Shown here piece by piece: positions 39,598 to 49,320 of a stretch of DNA of 64,000 bases (its first letter is position 1; each line of letters opens with the position of its first letter). Made by a program: the position numbers and the translations under genes. Origin of the DNA: Armatimonadota bacterium. GTDB taxonomy: Bacteria > Armatimonadota > DTGP01 > JAKQQT01. The notes below the pieces were generated by a model. That model had not been told where the DNA came from and searched no databases. It worked only from the letters and a program-made list of their open reading frames with translations. Where the stretch lies: assembly GCA_029564025.1 (NCBI GenBank), contig JAKQQT010000075.1, positions 13,185-77,184 on the forward strand, given 5' to 3'.

Positions 39598-40732
39598 GGA
39601 TATGGTCCTTCAGCAAGCGGCGGTACAGCCCGGCTGTTCGACTCACCATGATGTTGACGTCGAATTCGGCAACGGCTCTTCTCCTGCCCCTTTCACCCAT
39701 CTCCCGCGCCATTTCAGGTTCGTTGATCAGGTTCAGCAACCTGTCCGCAAGCGCCGCGGCGTCCCGGTGCGGTGTCAGGTAACCTGTCTGGCCGTCGACA
39801 ACACACTCGCCATTCCCGCCCACATCGGTTGCCACCACGGGCAAACCCGATGCCATCGCCTCAATGATCGCGTTGGACATTCCTTCACTGTGTGTCGACA
39901 GAACGAACACATCCAGCGCGGCCAGTACCCTCCGAACGTCTTCTCGAGCGCCTGTAAAGAAGACCGAAGGTTCGATGCCGAGGTTTCGCGCCAGTTCTCT
40001 TAGTGGTTCCATTTCGCTTCCGGCGCCGACCAGTACCAGTTTCGCGTCGGGACGCTGATATAGAACCGCTCTCATGGCGTTAAGCAAGGTGCGGTGATCT
40101 TTGATCGGCCGCAGGCTGGATATCATCCCTATGACGGGTCCGTCGCCGTAACAACCCAACCATCTCCGGGCTTCGTAGATGTCACAACCTTCTGTGAATG
40201 CGCCTAGATCAATGCCGTTGAGAATCACGTGAACGCGTTCGGGATCGACGCCCGGTTGGCGGCACACGGCTTCCCCGACGGCCCGCGAAGGCGCGATGAA
40301 GGCATCCGCATGGCGGTTGATATACCAGAGGATGAGCCTTCTCAAGCCCGTGACGTTGAAACCGAGATCCCTGCGGCTCGACACCAGGGGGCATTGCAGG
40401 ACTCGAGCCACCTGAACACCCAGCCAGTCCGACTTGAAGTGAAACGTCTGCACCATGCTGACACCGTCGGCGAGCGCCTGTCTGGCAATCTGCCGGGCCA
40501 GACGCTGGCCGGCGGGTGTATACAGGCGCTTCATATCGACGTAACGCACATCGACGCCAGGAATATCCACGCCGACGCCGTCGCGGTTACTGCTGTCGAG
40601 ACAGCACACGATCGGGAGATATCCGTGTGCCTGGATTCTCGGCGCGAGTTCGGCCAGATGCCGTTCCGTGCCCCCTCGCATATGCAATGCGTCGATCAGG
40701 TACAGAACCACGGTTTCCCTGTCTGAAGTCAT
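39584..40732 (-). CDS. Glycosyltransferase family 4
   Basis: VLSTHSEGMSNAIIEAMASGLPVVATDVGGN is an E-X7-E type motif. Confidence 0.8.
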   Translation of the reverse strand: MTSDRETVVLYLIDALHMRGGTERHLAELAPRIQAHGYLPIVCCLDSSNRDGVGVDIPGVDVRYVDMKRLYTPAGQRLARQIARQALADGVSMVQTFHFKSDWLGVQVARVLQCPLVSSRRDLGFNVTGLRRLILWYINRHADAFIAPSRAVGEAVCRQPGVDPERVHVILNGIDLGAFTEGCDIYEARRWLGCYGDGPVIGMISSLRPIKDHRTLLNAMRAVLYQRPDAKLVLVGAGSEMEPLRELARNLGIEPSVFFTGAREDVRRVLAALDVFVLSTHSEGMSNAIIEAMASGLPVVATDVGGNGECVVDGQTGYLTPHRDAAALADRLLNLINEPEMAREMGERGRRRAVAEFDVNIMVSRTAGLYRRLLKDHIRAVA

Positions 40733-40754
40733 GGCATCGCGCGGAAAGTAAGCC

Positions 40755-42287
40755 TCACACGTATGACCGGTACCGCCACGGTGAAGGTTCTTTTACCGGC
40801 TTGGCCTTGGGTACGGGTTCCAGCACCTCCACGACCGGTTCCGTACTGTCCGGTTTCAGAAGAACCAGCAACCCGGCAACCAGCATCCAGAAGTGCGCCG
40901 TGGAGAAGAAGAAAACCATGCGCGATCCGAACACATTGTTCACCAGCAAAGCCACGTAACATCCGAACAAACCGAGGGCCAGTCCCTGCGTAAACGGGGT
41001 TTTCGCCGCCTTCTGGGCTTTCATGATTTCGGTACCGGTTACCATCAGGAGATAAAGGAATGCAACAAGCCCGACGAGCCCCTGTTCCGAGGCGACCAGC
41101 ACGTACATGCTGTGCGGGTCCCGAATCTTGGCGCTGGCCATCTCCTTTTTCTTGGAATATCCACGCCAGCCCACGCCCCATACCGGCGACTTGAGCGACA
41201 TGATCATGCCTTCTTTCCAGTATTCCTTCCGTTCCTCGGCGCTTGTGTCGCCGCGGGTGCTCAACCGCTCGGCGATACTGCTTGGAAGAATACCGGGTAA
41301 CAGAAGGCCCACCCCAATGACCGGTAACAGGTACCTCCGGTGCTTGTACAGAACCATGCAGATAATGGCGGCGGCTAACGCCCAGTAGGCGGCGCGCGAA
41401 TACGTGAAGAACGTAGCCGCGCCCGCCGCCACCGTAATCGCCAGGGCCGGGATGCGCCAGAAACTGCGCCGCATCGCCAGGAAGAGGCCAAACGCAATCA
41501 TTCCGTACTGCGAAATGTACGCGCCGGTGTCGTTCGAATTGCCCGTCACCATCGTTCCCTTGATGATGTCCTTCAGCTTCCATTCGAACGAGGTGGCCGT
41601 CTGCGCCCTGTACTGCCGGGTAACCTGAACGGCCTCCAGCGTTGTCATCATGCAAACGAAAACCACCAGCCACACCAGCAGTTTCTTGACTCGCCACCGA
41701 CGCCGCACCACCAGGTACAGCGAGAAGGCGCAGAACATCTGCATGTATTCACCAATCGCTTCGCCGTCCAGTCCGTACAACAAAGCGCCGGTGACCACGG
41801 ACATAGCCGATATGCCAAGGAACCAGGCCATCGCCTTGTCGATTGGAGTCGCTTCCACCGATGGATCGAACCGCGAATACCGCTGAATCCATGCGCCGAC
41901 AATCAACACAAGGCAGATGAAGTTCATCGGTGTCAGGCCCGTACCGGGAATCATCGACCCGAGTTTGTACAACCAGATTTCCATCGGGGCCAGCAGGGTG
42001 ATGACCAGCATCGGAATCTCGGGACGAACAAACGTGAAGAGAAGCAGTACCGCCCCGATGAAAACGCCCCAGGTAATAAGTTCGCCGAAGGCGAGGATTC
42101 CCGTGGCGACCATCAATCCCAGCGCGCCAGCGAAGAGAATGGGCAGTAATCCGCGCCATTTCTCCTGAAATTCGCGCTCCTCCTCCGATGCGGCAACCGA
42201 TACCTCGCGCGATTGTACATTGATATAATCGTTCATCCGATGACCTGCCTTCGTATCGACGTCTTGTGCCGTAAAACCGTTATCCAA
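40755..42287 (-). CDS. O-antigen ligase/polymerase family membrane protein (Wzy-like)
   Basis: About 10-12 TM helices and a Wzy_C-like segment FFTYSRAAYWALAAAIICMVL. The start is ambiguous (TTG 42287 or ATG 42236). Confidence 0.7.
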   Translation of the reverse strand: MDNGFTAQDVDTKAGHRMNDYINVQSREVSVAASEEEREFQEKWRGLLPILFAGALGLMVATGILAFGELITWGVFIGAVLLLFTFVRPEIPMLVITLLAPMEIWLYKLGSMIPGTGLTPMNFICLVLIVGAWIQRYSRFDPSVEATPIDKAMAWFLGISAMSVVTGALLYGLDGEAIGEYMQMFCAFSLYLVVRRRWRVKKLLVWLVVFVCMMTTLEAVQVTRQYRAQTATSFEWKLKDIIKGTMVTGNSNDTGAYISQYGMIAFGLFLAMRRSFWRIPALAITVAAGAATFFTYSRAAYWALAAAIICMVLYKHRRYLLPVIGVGLLLPGILPSSIAERLSTRGDTSAEERKEYWKEGMIMSLKSPVWGVGWRGYSKKKEMASAKIRDPHSMYVLVASEQGLVGLVAFLYLLMVTGTEIMKAQKAAKTPFTQGLALGLFGCYVALLVNNVFGSRMVFFFSTAHFWMLVAGLLVLLKPDSTEPVVEVLEPVPKAKPVKEPSPWRYRSYV

Positions 42288-43908
42288 CCGCCTCGGATTC
42301 CGCCGGGCGGCAACCCGTTAGCAGAACAAACCAGCGCGTATCGAGGTTGTGCTTGCGCAACCAACGCGCCGCCACCCCAAGCCCCCACTGGGCACTGTCG
42401 TCTATACGCGCCATGATGCGCGTGTATAGGAACGCACCGATCAGAATCTTGACCGCCGCAGGCAACAGACCGTTACCAATAGGCAACAGCCAAACCGCGG
42501 CCGAGACTCCGATCGACATCAGCGTGGCGCGCAACATCGCTCCATACCGCCATGGTACCCTGAGATATCTTGAGGAACCCAGTCCCGCCAGGAGTAGAAC
42601 CGAGGCGTAAGTCACGAGCGTCGTTACGGCCGCGCCAAGATAACCATACATCCGAACCATCACTATGTTCAGCGCCACGTTGAACACAACCGCAAGGCAC
42701 AGAATGGCTGTCAATGCCCTCGTGCGTTTTCGGACCATGAACCCCATGGAAACAATGGGGCAGAAACCCTGCCACAATGCGAGCCCGGCGATTACCCACG
42801 GAACCACCATCGCCGAATCGGCGTATTTTTCCGATGCGATGAACGTTACTATCGGCCGTGCTCCCACACAGAACAGAGCGAGAACCGGAAACACCGCCAC
42901 CACGTACCGGGCGGCGGCAGATGACAGGAATTCGCCCGTTTCGCTTGCACCGGATTCTTCCCAAAGGCGCACCGCTTGGGGTACAATCGCCAGTTCCACC
43001 GGGAAGGTGAACAAAACGGGAAGCATCTCGGCGACGCCGTATCCGGCGGAATAACGCGCCACGTCCTCCAGGCCGCGATAGAACTGGATGATGTATTTAT
43101 CGCAATATCCGACCAGAATGCTGGAAATCTCGTAGATGACAAGCGGCAGGCCGTAAGCCAGGGACATCCTCAGCACAGCCGACCGGGTCAATGAGAGACC
43201 AAGGCCGTGTTCGCGCCACCACGCCCATAGAAACGCCAGCGTCAGTCCGCCCTCGACCAGCAAAACCCCGCCAAAATATCCTATCAGGCCCATCTCGGGC
43301 ATCATGCTTTTAGCGATGAAGAACCCGCCGATGCCGAACATCAGCGAACCGTAACGCATCAGCACCGAGAACACCGTGTAAAGCTTGCTCCGGCGTTCAC
43401 TGCGCATCAGGGACAGCATGATGCTGGTCAGCGTCCTCGGTATTATCAGGACGCCGGCTAGGACCATCAGATAGGCGGTGCTTCTGTTTCCGAACAGGAA
43501 ACGCTGAATGCCCTCGGAGGCCAGCAAACCGTGACCCTCGCGCGGATGAGAACCGAGCCATAGAAGCACGCAAGCGCCCGCAACCACCGCTAAAGCGAAG
43601 AACGTTGCCGATACCAACGACGCCATCAGGATTGTGGATTGCAGTTCCCGCTCGTTCTGTTCCTCTCCCTCTCGCGGCCGGCCGGCGAATCGCACCGAAG
43701 CCTGCGACAGCCCGATCTTGCTGGCGGCCACCACCAGCAGAACGGTCGCGCCGAGAAGGTTGACAATGCCGTATTCCTCCTCGGTAAAAGCGCGAGTGAG
43801 GATGGGCATCGAGATGAGGCCCGCCGCCATGACGGCTATCTGTCCGCCGAAATAGTGTCCCACCTGGCGAAGCAGTCCCGGGCTTTTATGGTTCAGGCCG
43901 TTTTGCAC
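42280..43908 (-). CDS. Polysaccharide flippase (Wzx, MOP superfamily)
   Basis: About 14 TM helices, with an N-terminal pattern typical of polysacc_synt proteins and locus context. GTG start. Confidence 0.75.
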   Translation of the reverse strand: MQNGLNHKSPGLLRQVGHYFGGQIAVMAAGLISMPILTRAFTEEEYGIVNLLGATVLLVVAASKIGLSQASVRFAGRPREGEEQNERELQSTILMASLVSATFFALAVVAGACVLLWLGSHPREGHGLLASEGIQRFLFGNRSTAYLMVLAGVLIIPRTLTSIMLSLMRSERRSKLYTVFSVLMRYGSLMFGIGGFFIAKSMMPEMGLIGYFGGVLLVEGGLTLAFLWAWWREHGLGLSLTRSAVLRMSLAYGLPLVIYEISSILVGYCDKYIIQFYRGLEDVARYSAGYGVAEMLPVLFTFPVELAIVPQAVRLWEESGASETGEFLSSAAARYVVAVFPVLALFCVGARPIVTFIASEKYADSAMVVPWVIAGLALWQGFCPIVSMGFMVRKRTRALTAILCLAVVFNVALNIVMVRMYGYLGAAVTTLVTYASVLLLAGLGSSRYLRVPWRYGAMLRATLMSIGVSAAVWLLPIGNGLLPAAVKILIGAFLYTRIMARIDDSAQWGLGVAARWLRKHNLDTRWFVLLTGCRPAESEAVG

Positions 43909-43931
43909 GTTACCGTAGGTCTTGTGTCAAC

Positions 43932-43965
43932 AAAAAAGGCGTGGGTCTTTGCGGCGACCCGCGCC
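43932..43965 (-). terminator. Rho-independent terminator inside the polysaccharide locus
   Basis: The - strand reads GGCGCGGGTC-GCCGCAAA-GACCCACGCC followed by TTTTTT. It lies between the priming transferase stop (44022) and the wzx start (43908). Confidence 0.65.
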
Positions 43966-44021
43966 CGGAAAAAACAGGAATTGTTTTCCTCGGTTCCCGC
44001 GAATGGCGCTAAACGCCAACA

Positions 44022-45089
44022 TCAGCTCCCCGCGCCGGTCATCATTTCGATCATGGTCTGGAACAGAATCCGCATGTCCATCCACAGCGATTGATTGTAC
44101 ACGTACATCAGGTCGTATCGGAGCTTGATGTGCGGGTCCGTAAGATAAGTTCCGTAAACCTGGGCCAAGCCGGTGATACCCGGACGGACTTTGTGCCGGT
44201 CGTTGTAACCGATGATTCTTTCGGAGAACTTCTCAACAAAGACGGGCCGTTCCGGACGAGGACCCACCATACTCATATGCCCCAACAGAACATTGATGAA
44301 CTGCGGCAGTTCGTCCATGCGTACCCGTCGAAGGAAACGGCCGACACGTGTGACGCGGGGGTCATCCGCGCCGGTGGAAAGCACCGGCCCCGTTCTGGCC
44401 TCGGCATCGCAATACATTGTCCGGAACTTGATAACCTTGAAGATGCGTCCGTTGCGCCCAACCCTGTCCTGCCGGAAAAGGATCGGACCCGGAGTTGATG
44501 CCTTGATTGCCACCGCCGCAACCAGCATCACCGGAGACGAAACCGTCAACAAAACGGTTGAAACCACGATATCCATCGCCCGCTTCACGGCACGAGCCGG
44601 ATAGGAAAGCCCCGTCGGCGCGGTCAGGTCCAGCAACGGCACATCATCAACAGTGCGCAGATTGGGCTTGGCAATCATCGTTTCGTACAGCGATGGAACA
44701 ACCTTCACCTTCAACCGGGGGTGCGTTTGAACCAGATCCTCCGCGATTTTCTGGTGCCACGATGGAGATTGCGCCACCATGACCTCGTCGATACCAAACT
44801 CGTCCACCACCCTCAGCACATCGGCCCGGGTTCCCAGAATGCGTTCGGACTCCGGGTGATTCGATCCGGCCTCGTCGTCCAGAAAACCGACCAGTGTATA
44901 CTGCGGACGTGATTCCAGTCTTCTCGCTAGTTCGAGCCCTTCCTCCCCCGCTCCCACAACCAGCACGCGAATGTTGACGCACCGGCCGTTACTGCGGTCC
45001 GAGTTGGGATTCGCGTTCCAGTTTTCGGCGGAACCGGGCTTCATAGAGCCAACCGCCTCGGAAGGAACTCTGGTGCCGTCTTTACGCAT
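44022..45089 (-). CDS. Polyprenyl-phosphate sugar-1-phosphate transferase (bacterial sugar transferase, EpsB/WbaP C-terminal type)
   Basis: Rossmann-like N-terminal part (RVLVVGAGEEG), one TM helix, and a catalytic domain with KFRTM, DELPQ and RPGITGLAQV. Confidence 0.85.
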   Translation of the reverse strand: MRKDGTRVPSEAVGSMKPGSAENWNANPNSDRSNGRCVNIRVLVVGAGEEGLELARRLESRPQYTLVGFLDDEAGSNHPESERILGTRADVLRVVDEFGIDEVMVAQSPSWHQKIAEDLVQTHPRLKVKVVPSLYETMIAKPNLRTVDDVPLLDLTAPTGLSYPARAVKRAMDIVVSTVLLTVSSPVMLVAAVAIKASTPGPILFRQDRVGRNGRIFKVIKFRTMYCDAEARTGPVLSTGADDPRVTRVGRFLRRVRMDELPQFINVLLGHMSMVGPRPERPVFVEKFSERIIGYNDRHKVRPGITGLAQVYGTYLTDPHIKLRYDLMYVYNQSLWMDMRILFQTMIEMMTGAGS

Positions 45090-45180
45090 TAACCTGTTTC
45101 AGGCCGTGATACATCCGGACAAGTGATGCCCGGTTACGTTCGGAGTGAAGAATAGCGTTCATGCCAGAACAAGCATCTGT

Positions 45181-45219
45181 TTCGGGGAGGGAGGCAACCA
45201 GCGCGCCTTCCTCCCCGAA
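45181..45219 (-). terminator. Terminator-like hairpin after the Wzc-like gene
   Basis: TTCGGGGAGGGAGGC / GCCTTCCTCCCCGAA form a 15-bp stem with one mismatch, 8 nt after the stop at 45228. No clean U tract. Confidence 0.45.
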
Positions 45220-45227
45220 ATAGAATA

Positions 45228-47660
45228 CTAGATTTCGTCGTCCCCGGTCTTCTCCGGAAGAGCCGGGCGGGACGAGGAGGCGGCCTCCGCGATCTCCGTC
45301 TTGGTACCCGGAGCATAGTACGAGGAGTAGTAACGCGCGGATTCGACCTGTTGCACGGGCATGTCGTTCAACACAACACCGACGATGCGGGCTTGTGTCT
45401 TGTTGAGCAGTTTCTTGACCTGCATCTCACCGCCGGAAGGCGCTTCGTTGGCGCGAACAACGAGAAGGACACCGTCCAGCATCGTGGCCAGTGTCGCGGC
45501 GTCGGCAAAGACAACGGCACTGGGCGTGTCGAACAGGACGAAGTCGAAGTCCCTGGCCAGGTCCTCAATCGTCTCCCTCATTTTCGGAGAACGCAGAAGC
45601 TTCCATGCGTTGGCCGGAGCGGGTCCACCCGGCATCACCATCAGGTTTTCGATGTCCGTGCGGAAGATAGCATCCGCCGAAAGACGTCCGTTTTCCAGAA
45701 CCGTTGAAAGGCCGACTTCATTCGGCAGGTTGAAGATCTCGTGCAAGGACGGGCGCCGCATGTCGGCATCGACCAAGGCCACCCGTTGGCCGGCCTGGGC
45801 GAGCGTAATCGCCAGGTTGCAGATGGTAGCCGTACCACCCTGGTTTGGTTTCGCCGTGGCGACCATGATCGTCTTGAACGGATTGTCGGTTGCGGACAGC
45901 AGAAGGTCCGTTCCGAGGAACCGGTAGGATTCCGCGTGAACCGAACTCGGCAGACGGTGTGTTATCTGCGGCATCAACAGCGGGTTTGCGCCGGGCAGTC
46001 TCGGCACGATTCCGCTGACGGGCGCCTCCAGCAGTCGCTCCACGTCCAGTGGCGTGCGCACCGTGGTGTCCAGAAGGTCCATGCCAACAATCAGGCCGAT
46101 CGAACCGAGAAGACTGATCAGGAACGCGGCAACAATCATCGCGATGGTTCGCTTGGTAGCGCCCGGCCGCGCCGGAATCTCCGGATGGCTGGCCGAGAAG
46201 TTGGAGGTTCCCGCCCAGTAGTTGATAATCATCGAGCCCTTGGCAACGGTCTGCTGGAGTTCCTCCTTGGCTTCGTTCATCCGCTTCGACAGATTGTTGT
46301 AACGCTCGGAGGCTCCCGCGTACTGGCGGGTCAGTTTGTCCAACTCCGTCTGTACCTCGGGCAACTGGTTGATCAGTGTTGCCTGCTTTGCCATCGAGGC
46401 CTGCAATACGCCCTGGCGGGCGGCAATACCGCGCCGCCGTTGAACCAGATTGGCCAGTTCCTTTTCCTTGGCCAGCCAGTCGTCGTTCTCCGTCACCGTC
46501 TTTGTGGTAATGGTGGAGTTCTGCACGCGGGCAAGTTGGCTCTTAAGCGTCGCAATCTGCTGTTCTATGCGCTGGACTTCCGGATTCTTGTCCGTATACA
46601 GACCCTGCTTGGCCGCCAGGTCCGCGCTCAGGCTGTTGATTTTGTCGCGCAGGGTCTGGATCATCGGATCGTCCGTTGTCTGCGTGCGAGTGAGCATCCT
46701 CGGAATAGCGGCCAACCGAGCGCGCGAAGCGGCGATCTGGGCGTCAAGATCCTGCAGGTTTTCCTGAAGGTCGTCCAACTGCGTTTTGGCCGCATCACTC
46801 GTCCGGATAGCGTGGGCAATCTGGTCCGGCAGGAAAACGTCTTTATGCCGGATTCGGAACTCCCGAAGCGCATTCTGCGAACGGGTGAATGCCTGACTGG
46901 CGCTGACAAGTTGCGTAACGTAGAACTTCATGTTCGACTTGGCGGCACTCTGAGACTGATCGTCGTATTTCTGCCGGTAGGCCGCTGTCAGCGCGTTGGC
47001 GAGTATCTCCGCCTTGCGCGGGTCGCGGTCGCGCACCGAAGCAATCATGTTCCGGGAGTTGAGGATAGAGATTTCGATGTTCTGGGAGAGGTTTCGGACA
47101 CTGGTCGCGGCGTTGTCGGCGCGCAGGAAATCGCGCGGCACATTGAACGCGGAGAGTTTGTTGTCCAGATAGATGAATTCGCCCCACAAACTGGCGGGAA
47201 CGCCAATCTCCTTCACCAGCCGGTCCAACTGCTCGTACGGCGTCTTTTCGATGACACCGCCCACAATCTCGACCACCTTGTCATGGTCGTTGGGGCTGTT
47301 CAGGCTTTCGATATCACGGGTGTTTGCCAACGCCTTGCTTACGACGGCGCGAATCGGACCAGCCGCGGCGAGATAGTATATCGCGCGCGAGCAGTTGTCC
47401 GAGGCCGTCACTTCACTGGCCATCCGGCGAACTTCCTCCATACGGGCATCCTCGGTAATGAGGATGTTCTTGGCATCGGCAACGCCGGAGGACACCACGT
47501 TTCGAACCGCCTGGTCGGTAGGACCGAAACCAGTTGAGGCATCGTACCTCATGCCGATCGTCAATGCTCCCAGGCTGACGATACCCGTGGTCAGCAGTAC
47601 GGCCGCCAGGATGATCCATTTTCGGCGTTGTACAACCCGGTAGGCTCTCCAGAAATCCAT
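45228..47660 (-). CDS. Wzz/GumC chain-length domain fused to a BY-kinase-like ATPase domain (Wzc-like), P-loop Lys missing
   Basis: Two TM helices flank a long coiled-coil periplasmic region. The C-terminal domain has Walker A' LVDADMRRP, Walker B FDFVLFDTPS and a Tyr cluster RYYSSYY. The Walker A position reads KPNQGGTAT, with G where GK[ST] has K. Confidence 0.8.
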   Translation of the reverse strand: MDFWRAYRVVQRRKWIILAAVLLTTGIVSLGALTIGMRYDASTGFGPTDQAVRNVVSSGVADAKNILITEDARMEEVRRMASEVTASDNCSRAIYYLAAAGPIRAVVSKALANTRDIESLNSPNDHDKVVEIVGGVIEKTPYEQLDRLVKEIGVPASLWGEFIYLDNKLSAFNVPRDFLRADNAATSVRNLSQNIEISILNSRNMIASVRDRDPRKAEILANALTAAYRQKYDDQSQSAAKSNMKFYVTQLVSASQAFTRSQNALREFRIRHKDVFLPDQIAHAIRTSDAAKTQLDDLQENLQDLDAQIAASRARLAAIPRMLTRTQTTDDPMIQTLRDKINSLSADLAAKQGLYTDKNPEVQRIEQQIATLKSQLARVQNSTITTKTVTENDDWLAKEKELANLVQRRRGIAARQGVLQASMAKQATLINQLPEVQTELDKLTRQYAGASERYNNLSKRMNEAKEELQQTVAKGSMIINYWAGTSNFSASHPEIPARPGATKRTIAMIVAAFLISLLGSIGLIVGMDLLDTTVRTPLDVERLLEAPVSGIVPRLPGANPLLMPQITHRLPSSVHAESYRFLGTDLLLSATDNPFKTIMVATAKPNQGGTATICNLAITLAQAGQRVALVDADMRRPSLHEIFNLPNEVGLSTVLENGRLSADAIFRTDIENLMVMPGGPAPANAWKLLRSPKMRETIEDLARDFDFVLFDTPSAVVFADAATLATMLDGVLLVVRANEAPSGGEMQVKKLLNKTQARIVGVVLNDMPVQQVESARYYSSYYAPGTKTEIAEAASSSRPALPEKTGDDEI

Positions 47661-47729
47661 CGCGCACTATCTCCTTATGATTCCAAGCGTCGCACGCTTT
47701 GCCACGCCGTTGCGTGACCACTCTACAAA

Positions 47730-48401
47730 CTATTCGGAAGGGCTGATTCGCTTCTGCAATTCCGGATACACGGAACGCACAAAGGACTTGCCGCGCGCAA
47801 CGGCCACTTGTTCGGTCGATGCGATCGGCACCACGATACGGACAAACGCACCTGTCGGCTTGCGACGCGAGAAGTGGGCCGCCAGCAGATTGATGTTATG
47901 TTGAATGAGATTGGGAGTTGCCTTCTCTCCCTGCACAAAGCAGTATAGGACAACGGCGCGGGCTACGCGACCTGTTTCCCGGTCCTTGCGCTCGATACGA
48001 AACAGATTCATGTCCCAAGGCAGGCCGTCTTGCGTGCCAACCTTCGCCTTGGCCGCGATCTGGAAGCCGCCCCCCGGAAGGCATTGCTCCGGCGAATGGA
48101 ACGTCATCTTGAGATGCCCGTACACTACGAGAAGTTCAATCGGGAATCCGGACGGATCCTCGTAGACACGTGAGAGGTAGTCGTCCGGTTGCAGTTCCTT
48201 CTGCGATATCTCGTCAATCGGATGATCACCTGCCTTCGTCCATTCGTCTACCTTTAGCGGGAGGCCGACCAGGTCGACAGGGCCGAATTCGTGGGACGAA
48301 CCGATTCCGTTCTCTGCCATGCGAGCGGCCGGTACAGCCGCCACCAGCACAATCAGCAGGGCGATGATGCGAGCCAGAGGTATGTGCGAACTAAAAGACA
48401 T
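47730..48401 (-). CDS. EpsI family exosortase-associated protein
   Basis: N-terminal TM helix, the conserved FHSPEQCLPGGGF motif, about 220 aa, and an 11-nt overlap with the exosortase gene. Confidence 0.8.
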   Translation of the reverse strand: MSFSSHIPLARIIALLIVLVAAVPAARMAENGIGSSHEFGPVDLVGLPLKVDEWTKAGDHPIDEISQKELQPDDYLSRVYEDPSGFPIELLVVYGHLKMTFHSPEQCLPGGGFQIAAKAKVGTQDGLPWDMNLFRIERKDRETGRVARAVVLYCFVQGEKATPNLIQHNINLLAAHFSRRKPTGAFVRIVVPIASTEQVAVARGKSFVRSVYPELQKRISPSE

Positions 48402-49320
48402 CGTCCTCTACCTCTCTGGACCGATGTGCTTCCGTCTGGGTGCCATGCTGTTTTGGCTTTCGCATTAAAAAGTCCCGAATGGCCATCAGGCCAAGCGTGC
48501 AGAACAGGAACAGAACCGGGCTCGACCAGTCGTGAAACGCTTTGCTGGCCAGTTCCACGCTGATCCAGTTCCCGATGCAAAGTATACCAAACACGCGCAA
48601 TATGTTGGCGATGACGGCCAGAGGCGCCCCGAGCAGGAACAACAGCCAGCGCTTCCAGAGCGCCGCCTCGGTGAAGTAGGCAAATCCGGCCGCAAGGCAC
48701 ATCAGGGCAACCATGGATCGCATGCCACTGCACGCGACGGCTACTTCAAAGGAGTGCCAGATGGTGCCGTCCGGCTTCGTCATATGCAGGTTCACGCCTT
48801 CGCTGAACACCCCTACACCGATCAGTGAGGCCAGAAACGCGGAATACGTGGCCGTCAGTATCTGCATCGGCCCGGTGACCATGACCAGCAGGAAGTCCGG
48901 CCACGGTACCATGAAAAACAGGAAGGAGTACGGGAAAATCAGCTTGATGAACCACTGCCACCCAAGCAGATGGACAATGATGCCAGCCACAACGACGAGA
49001 ACCGACAAAAACGGAAGGAACTTCACATCCGCCCACAACGCCATCAACATCGACAGAACGCCCAGAAGGACGATGACCAGGCCCCACCACGAGGGCTTGA
49101 CCGGAAGTCCCTCGAAGGTTTTCCGTTTAACCCAGATGAATACCAGCGCCGCGGGCACCACCACCCACCCGTGGGAGAATGTTGGGTCCTCCCAGCGCTG
49201 GGCCATGTTGACAAACGTGCTCCAGAACAGAACCACGAAGGCGACAAGCACCAGCCCAAGGGCAATCAGGTTCGCTGTGGCGTTTCCGGGTCGCTTTTCG
49301 TATGCGGCATTGGATGTCAC
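48391..49320 (-). CDS. Exosortase (PEP-CTERM protein-sorting transpeptidase)
   Basis: Eight-TM-type protein with catalytic Cys motif VACSGMRSM, ANILRV (Arg) and FHDWSSP (His). GTGA overlap with the upstream gene. Confidence 0.8.
   Translation of the reverse strand: MTSNAAYEKRPGNATANLIALGLVLVAFVVLFWSTFVNMAQRWEDPTFSHGWVVVPAALVFIWVKRKTFEGLPVKPSWWGLVIVLLGVLSMLMALWADVKFLPFLSVLVVVAGIIVHLLGWQWFIKLIFPYSFLFFMVPWPDFLLVMVTGPMQILTATYSAFLASLIGVGVFSEGVNLHMTKPDGTIWHSFEVAVACSGMRSMVALMCLAAGFAYFTEAALWKRWLLFLLGAPLAVIANILRVFGILCIGNWISVELASKAFHDWSSPVLFLFCTLGLMAIRDFLMRKPKQHGTQTEAHRSREVEDDVF

Noticed and set aside
45741-47537. 598-aa ORF antisense to the Wzc-like gene.
   Set aside because: The translation is Arg/Gly/Val-rich and repetitive, with no signal, TM or domain logic. 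The sense gene fits its locus context.
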